Assembly: GCA_905235375.1 (NCBI GenBank)
Contig: CAJOLH010000004.1
Coordinates: 71,141-135,140, forward strand
DNA from: an uncultured Bacteroidales bacterium
GTDB lineage: Bacteria > Bacteroidota > Bacteroidia > Bacteroidales > UBA3663
Direction of reading: 5' to 3'
DNA length: 64,000 bases
Positions 63,945 to 64,000 of the stretch are shown piece by piece. The notes under the pieces are model-generated. The model was not told the origin of the DNA. It did no database searches and saw only the letters and a program-made list of their open reading frames with translations. Both the position numbers and the translations under genes were made by a program. Each line of letters opens with the position of its first letter. Within the stretch, counting starts at the first letter, position 1.

Positions 63945-64000
63945 ATTCTAATATTTAAAACAATGTCTAAATTCCCTTCTATATAACATCATTGTTTTTG

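Overview
This looks like a chromosomal segment of a Bacteroidota genome, probably Prevotellaceae-like. Evidence for that: TAnnTTTG -7 promoter boxes sit about 30-45 nt upstream of most start codons, leaders are A-rich with no Shine-Dalgarno, there is an rpmB-rpmG-DUF4295 operon, and DUF2851, DUF4199 and WbqC families are present. I call about 56 protein genes, nearly all housekeeping: ftsK-trkH-trkA-dxs-wbqC-lepB-dapB, clpB, glyA, pepT, aroA, priA, an OPT transporter, an L-galactose-type catabolic trio, lgt, xseA, two DEAD-box helicases, aroC, pyrBI and L28/L33. There is also one orphan 5S rRNA gene. I recognised no tRNA, CRISPR array, transposase or integrase. The only clearly accessory locus is an AT-rich island at about 12.7-15.4 kb. 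There, an overlapping two-gene cassette (a SatD-like cyclase-fold/HTH protein plus a DUF3307 polytopic membrane protein) occupies the gutted core of an MmeI-like type IIG restriction-modification gene, of which only N- and C-terminal stumps remain. The cassette is bracketed by about 45-50-nt direct repeats and the locus by A-rich inverted repeats. This is my best candidate for an undescribed signalling or defence module. Other points worth a second look: two related 42-nt hairpin-unit tandem arrays (15.7-16.2 kb and 41.7-42.3 kb); a ClpB lacking its N-terminal domain directly behind the first array; a dynamin-like GTPase paired with a DUF697 membrane protein behind the second array; an orphan 5S rRNA with its own promoter and terminator just upstream of a DEAD-box helicase; and a family of intergenic long hairpins whose arms are tandem 7-11-nt oligomers. 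Many long ORFs in the track are antisense artefacts or run through repeats. Several track starts are TTG extensions, which I corrected using the -7 boxes.
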